Below are positions 60,680 through 64,000 of a stretch of 64,000 bases of DNA, piece by piece. The DNA comes from Felis catus (taxonomy: Eukaryota), in the NCBI RefSeq assembly GCF_018350175.1, contig NC_058377.1, positions 61,938,001 through 62,002,000 of the forward strand. The letters run 5' to 3'. Both the position numbers and the translations under genes were made by a program. The notes under the pieces were generated by a model, which was given only the letters and a program-made list of their open reading frames with translations, was not told the DNA's origin and made no database searches. Within the stretch, counting starts at the first letter, position 1; the number at the start of each line of letters is the position of its first letter.

Positions 60680-60915
60680 TGTTGTTGAAGTATAATCGAC
60701 ACACAATATCTCCTTAGTTTCTGGTGCACATTACAGTGCTTTGGTATTTTTATACATTATGTCACGAAATGCTATTATAATATGACTAACTACATTCCCT
60801 ATGCTGTATATTACATTCTCATGACTTATTTATTCTATGGCTCGAGGTTTCTATACCCCTTAATCCCGTTCATCCATTTTGTCTGCTCCCAACCGCTCCT
60901 CCTCAGTTAACCAGC
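60680..60915 (-). mobile_element. L1 3'UTR end (L1MA/L1_Carn-like) nested in older L1 fragments (~60440-61170)
   Basis: GTTGAAGTATAATCGACACACAAT...GGTGCACATTACAGTG is typical of an antisense L1 3' end. Confidence 0.55.
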
Positions 60916-61189
60916 ACTTGGAGAAACTACCCTTCTTTGTAGAGAAACAAAGGAAACTTGAATGGACACATTCCCTATTCTAAAAGGAAAGAGCGCTATT
61001 GTAAAACTCTCGATTCCCTCTAATTCATAATGTAGAGGAAAGCCAATCAAGATCTCATTTGGCCCTTTCTGAAATTTGACATCTACTCTAAGTGTATAAA
61101 GAAAAAGAGACAAAATTAGACAATGGTATTTTGCAAAGGAATAAGGAGTCAAGCATTGAAAATTTTGTCATCAAATATTTCAAACTTAA

Positions 61190-61397
61190 GGGGCACCTGG
61201 GTGGCTCAGTTGGTTAAGTGTCCGACTTTGGCTCAAGTCATGATCTCATGGGCTGTGAGTTCAAGCCCTGTGTCAGCCTCTGTGCTGACAGCTCAGAGCC
61301 TGGACCCTGCTTTGGATTCTGTGTCTCCCTCTCTCTCTGCCCCTCCCCGGTTCGTACTCTGTCTCTCTCTCAAAAATAACCACTAAAATTTTTTTTT
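61190..61397 (+). mobile_element. Can-SINE
   Basis: 17-bp TSD AAATATTTCAAA(C/G)TTAA (61173-61189 and 61398-61414). Confidence 0.92.
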
Positions 61398-61599
61398 AAA
61401 TATTTCAAAGTTAAAACAATTTAAGAAGAGTGGCACTAGTAGATTGTTTTAAAAACACCATAAATACACATGTAGAAGCATATATAAGATACGGCAAAGG
61501 AAATATTCAGTCCAGTGTAGTTATTTGCAGGGAGGCAAAAATTCCAATTAAATACGACAAATCCCTGCCCTTTGCAATTTTTTGGGTAGGGATTAAAGC

Positions 61600-61840
61600 A
61601 TGAATTAACTTGACTGAGTACAGTGGACTCTGGAATAGACTAATTTCAAATCCTGCCTCGGCTGCGCGGGAGCTACCCAACTTTAAGCAGTGTACTTTCC
61701 CCTCTCCCTAAGTCTCAGTTTTTCTCCTCTGAAAGATGGGAATAGTAACACCACCTGCATTAGAGGACTGTTGTGTGGATCCAGATAGGAAGAGCTCAGA
61801 ACAGGGCTGGCATTTGGAAAGCCTCAATAAACATTAACTT
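61600..61840 (+). mobile_element. MIR
   Basis: GGACTCTGGA...CTCAGTTT..CTCCTCTGAAAGATGGG...CTCAATAAA. Confidence 0.65.
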
Positions 61841-64000
61841 TTAAAATTAAGTAGTGAAACCCTAAAATATCTAGAAAAAAAATGTGTGCGTATATTTATG
61901 ACAGAGGTATTAGGGGAGTATCTAAAGGAAAAAAAAAGAACAGGTGCATAAAAACACTTTCTGTTGTTTGAAGAACACCTTCCTTTTAAATTGCTGTCCG
62001 CCTACCTGGCTGGCTATTTGTGATGCAGTGTTACAGGCTTCAATGCTGGTTTTTTTGTTTGTTTTTGGGGGGGTTTGGGGTGTTTGTTCTTTTTTATTTC
62101 TAGCAAATCAGTTGGTCTTAGACTTCTGCTAACAGAGGAATCAGAGCAGGGAGAAAGTGGGACATCTCGGGAGGGCTGCCCTTTCAGTAACATCAGCCTG
62201 ATGGGATTCCCTCTTCCCAAACTCCAACGGCTGCCATTTTCCCAAGCCCCATCCCCTGGTACCCTCTTTTGATCCCTGTATGCCTCATTTCCCTAACCTC
62301 TTTCTCATTTTCTTGCTCATTTCCTCACTCATCACTCTCATTCATTTATTCAATGTTTTTGATTGCTTTCCATGTGCCAGACCATACATTAGGTGGAGTC
62401 CTAGGTGGCTGACAAGGACCTTCCCTGCCCCAGGAACCCCTTTCCTCCTGGACACCACCATGGAGCTGGACATGTGTCCATGAGTTCAGTCTCTGATGAG
62501 GCTACAGCAAATACTCCAAACATCCAATCCACTGTCCAGGGTTCTCCTAAGATATGGCCAGGAAACAGTCTATTAAATGAATACTCTCCTCCTTAGCCAG
62601 AACTTTTAGACCCAGACTGTCATCCCCTATCTGCCCTGAGACTTACTCCAAATGAGCTCTCGTGCCTCCTTTGGCCCAATGAAAGACAAATGAAAGGCAT
62701 ATATCTTTCCCAGAGGCTTTTTGTCTTACCTACCTAGCCTTCTGGGGATTCCACTTAGAGATTGCCTTGTACACCTTTCCAGGTCAGAGGCAGTCCACAG
62801 CACCCACTTGTTAGTTACAGGGGACAGACAGGCAAAGACTGTCCCCTGCCTGCCTAGTACCCTGCCTAGTAGTTCCTTTGATCAGGACAACTCCTGCCCA
62901 ACTGAGGGGGAAGGAAGAGGAGGTAGAAAGGAGGCTTGAAGCCTCCTGCTTCACCTAGAGACTGAACCCAAAACCAGGGGGAGGAAGTTGCAAAGTTCAT
63001 TTCACCACTGACACCTGCTGGCCGCTAAAAGGTAAGACAGGTTGGTTAGTACAGCATCCTGGGTCCCAGGCAGAGGTTCTGTTTCTCCAAGTTCCTAAAG
63101 AACCCCCAATGCCAGGTCTCTGATGTTTAAGTACATACCACGGCCACTTTTACCATAGTGGTCCCCTCTGTTAAAGACCCGTTTCCTTGCCTTGACAAGA
63201 AGGTCACATTAATGTTTGTGTTTACACCTTCATTTTGTGATGAAACTTTAGCAGACTATTCTGCGTGTATGTGTGAGCACATGTACACAGATGTGGCCAT
63301 GTAGTGATGGATTTAAGTGTGAACACGCACTGTATGTTGGTGCATTTCTCCAGAATGTTCACTCATGTGGGGGAGGTATGGTTTGCTTGTTTGATTCATG
63401 AACTGTATCACTCTTCCCCTGGAAGGACACGGGTAATGGGCAGCATTTCTGAGTGCAAACAAGAATTTAGTGTGAGATGCCGAGGGCACCTCATGTGTGT
63501 TGTGCACAGCTCGCCTCAGTACCTTTGTCCACAATGGCTCTGTTGCTGGAATGCTCTCCCTTTTCCCATCACATTTTGGCCTACTTCATTCTTACCACTT
63601 TTAAGATGTCAGCTTAGAGCACATACTCATGGAGCCTTGCCTGTCTCCCTATACAAGAGCAAACCTGTTTGCTGTTTAACAGCTTCTGGTCCTTACAGCA
63701 CCTATCATAGTTTGTACTATATATAATAAGTATTCTTCAACTACAGTTTGAACACTCCATGCCACCAGACGATAACCTCGTGAAAGAGGATCGTGACTCT
63801 CACATTGAATTTCAAACTTCGAGCAGAATGCTGAGCGCCGGGTGAGTCCTCCATTTCTGAGCTGCAAGAAAGACAACATCCAGGGTGCTCACCAGGGACA
63901 GTACTTTGTGATCTTGGTGGGATTAGGGAATCTTGGAACTTAGCCTGAAATCCTGGGGCTCCCTATCTACTCAGGAATCAGCACCAAATCCAGAAAGTGA

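Noticed and set aside
62819-62947. Short hairpins GGGGACAG...CTGTCCCC and GGAGGCT-TGA-AGCCTCC
   Set aside because: 7-8 bp stems are expected by chance in 64 kb; no RNA family motif.
63830-63850. Consensus donor CGG|GTGAGT on + near the window end
   Set aside because: No associated coding exon or promoter evidence within the window.
1-64000. CRISPR arrays, rRNA or other prokaryote-type systems
   Set aside because: Vertebrate sequence; no repeat-spacer arrays or rRNA-like sequence seen.

Overview
Mammalian genomic DNA from a felid, based on Can-SINE/SINEC_Fc and L1_Fc-type repeats. It lies in the class I olfactory receptor cluster next to the ubiquilin genes, the region syntenic to human 11p15.4 (OR52D1-UBQLN3-UBQLNL). 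Bases ~1.9-48.5 kb hold four intact single-coding-exon OR52D1-like genes, all + strand and 318 aa: A 8668, B 21153, C 35432, D 46532. They sit in ~11-14 kb tandem duplication units. An intronless-CDS ubiquilin, most likely UBQLN5, is on the - strand at 51333-52952; the remainder is mostly TE-derived. The main pattern is an evolutionary mosaic rather than a new gene family. The outer flanks (upstream of A, downstream of D) are very old paralogous copies, and the upstream-of-A copy lacks two ancient LTRs present in the internal units. The four coding sequences are nevertheless nearly identical over codons ~168-310. This fits two ancient paralogs whose CDSs recombined, producing chimeric internal genes B and C with conversion tracts in the CDS, the promoter and intergenic islands. 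Variation is concentrated in TM3-TM5. Other notable items are copy-specific TE insertions, templated insertions at deletion junctions, a probable stop-loss extension of the ubiquilin, a GC-rich foreign insert inside a Tigger2 element, and a possible decayed OR relic. All identities and difference counts are manual estimates, and repeat family names come from recalled consensus sequences, not a RepeatMasker run. N runs fall inside repeats, and at least one is an exact-length placeholder, so paralog-level conclusions need long-read confirmation.
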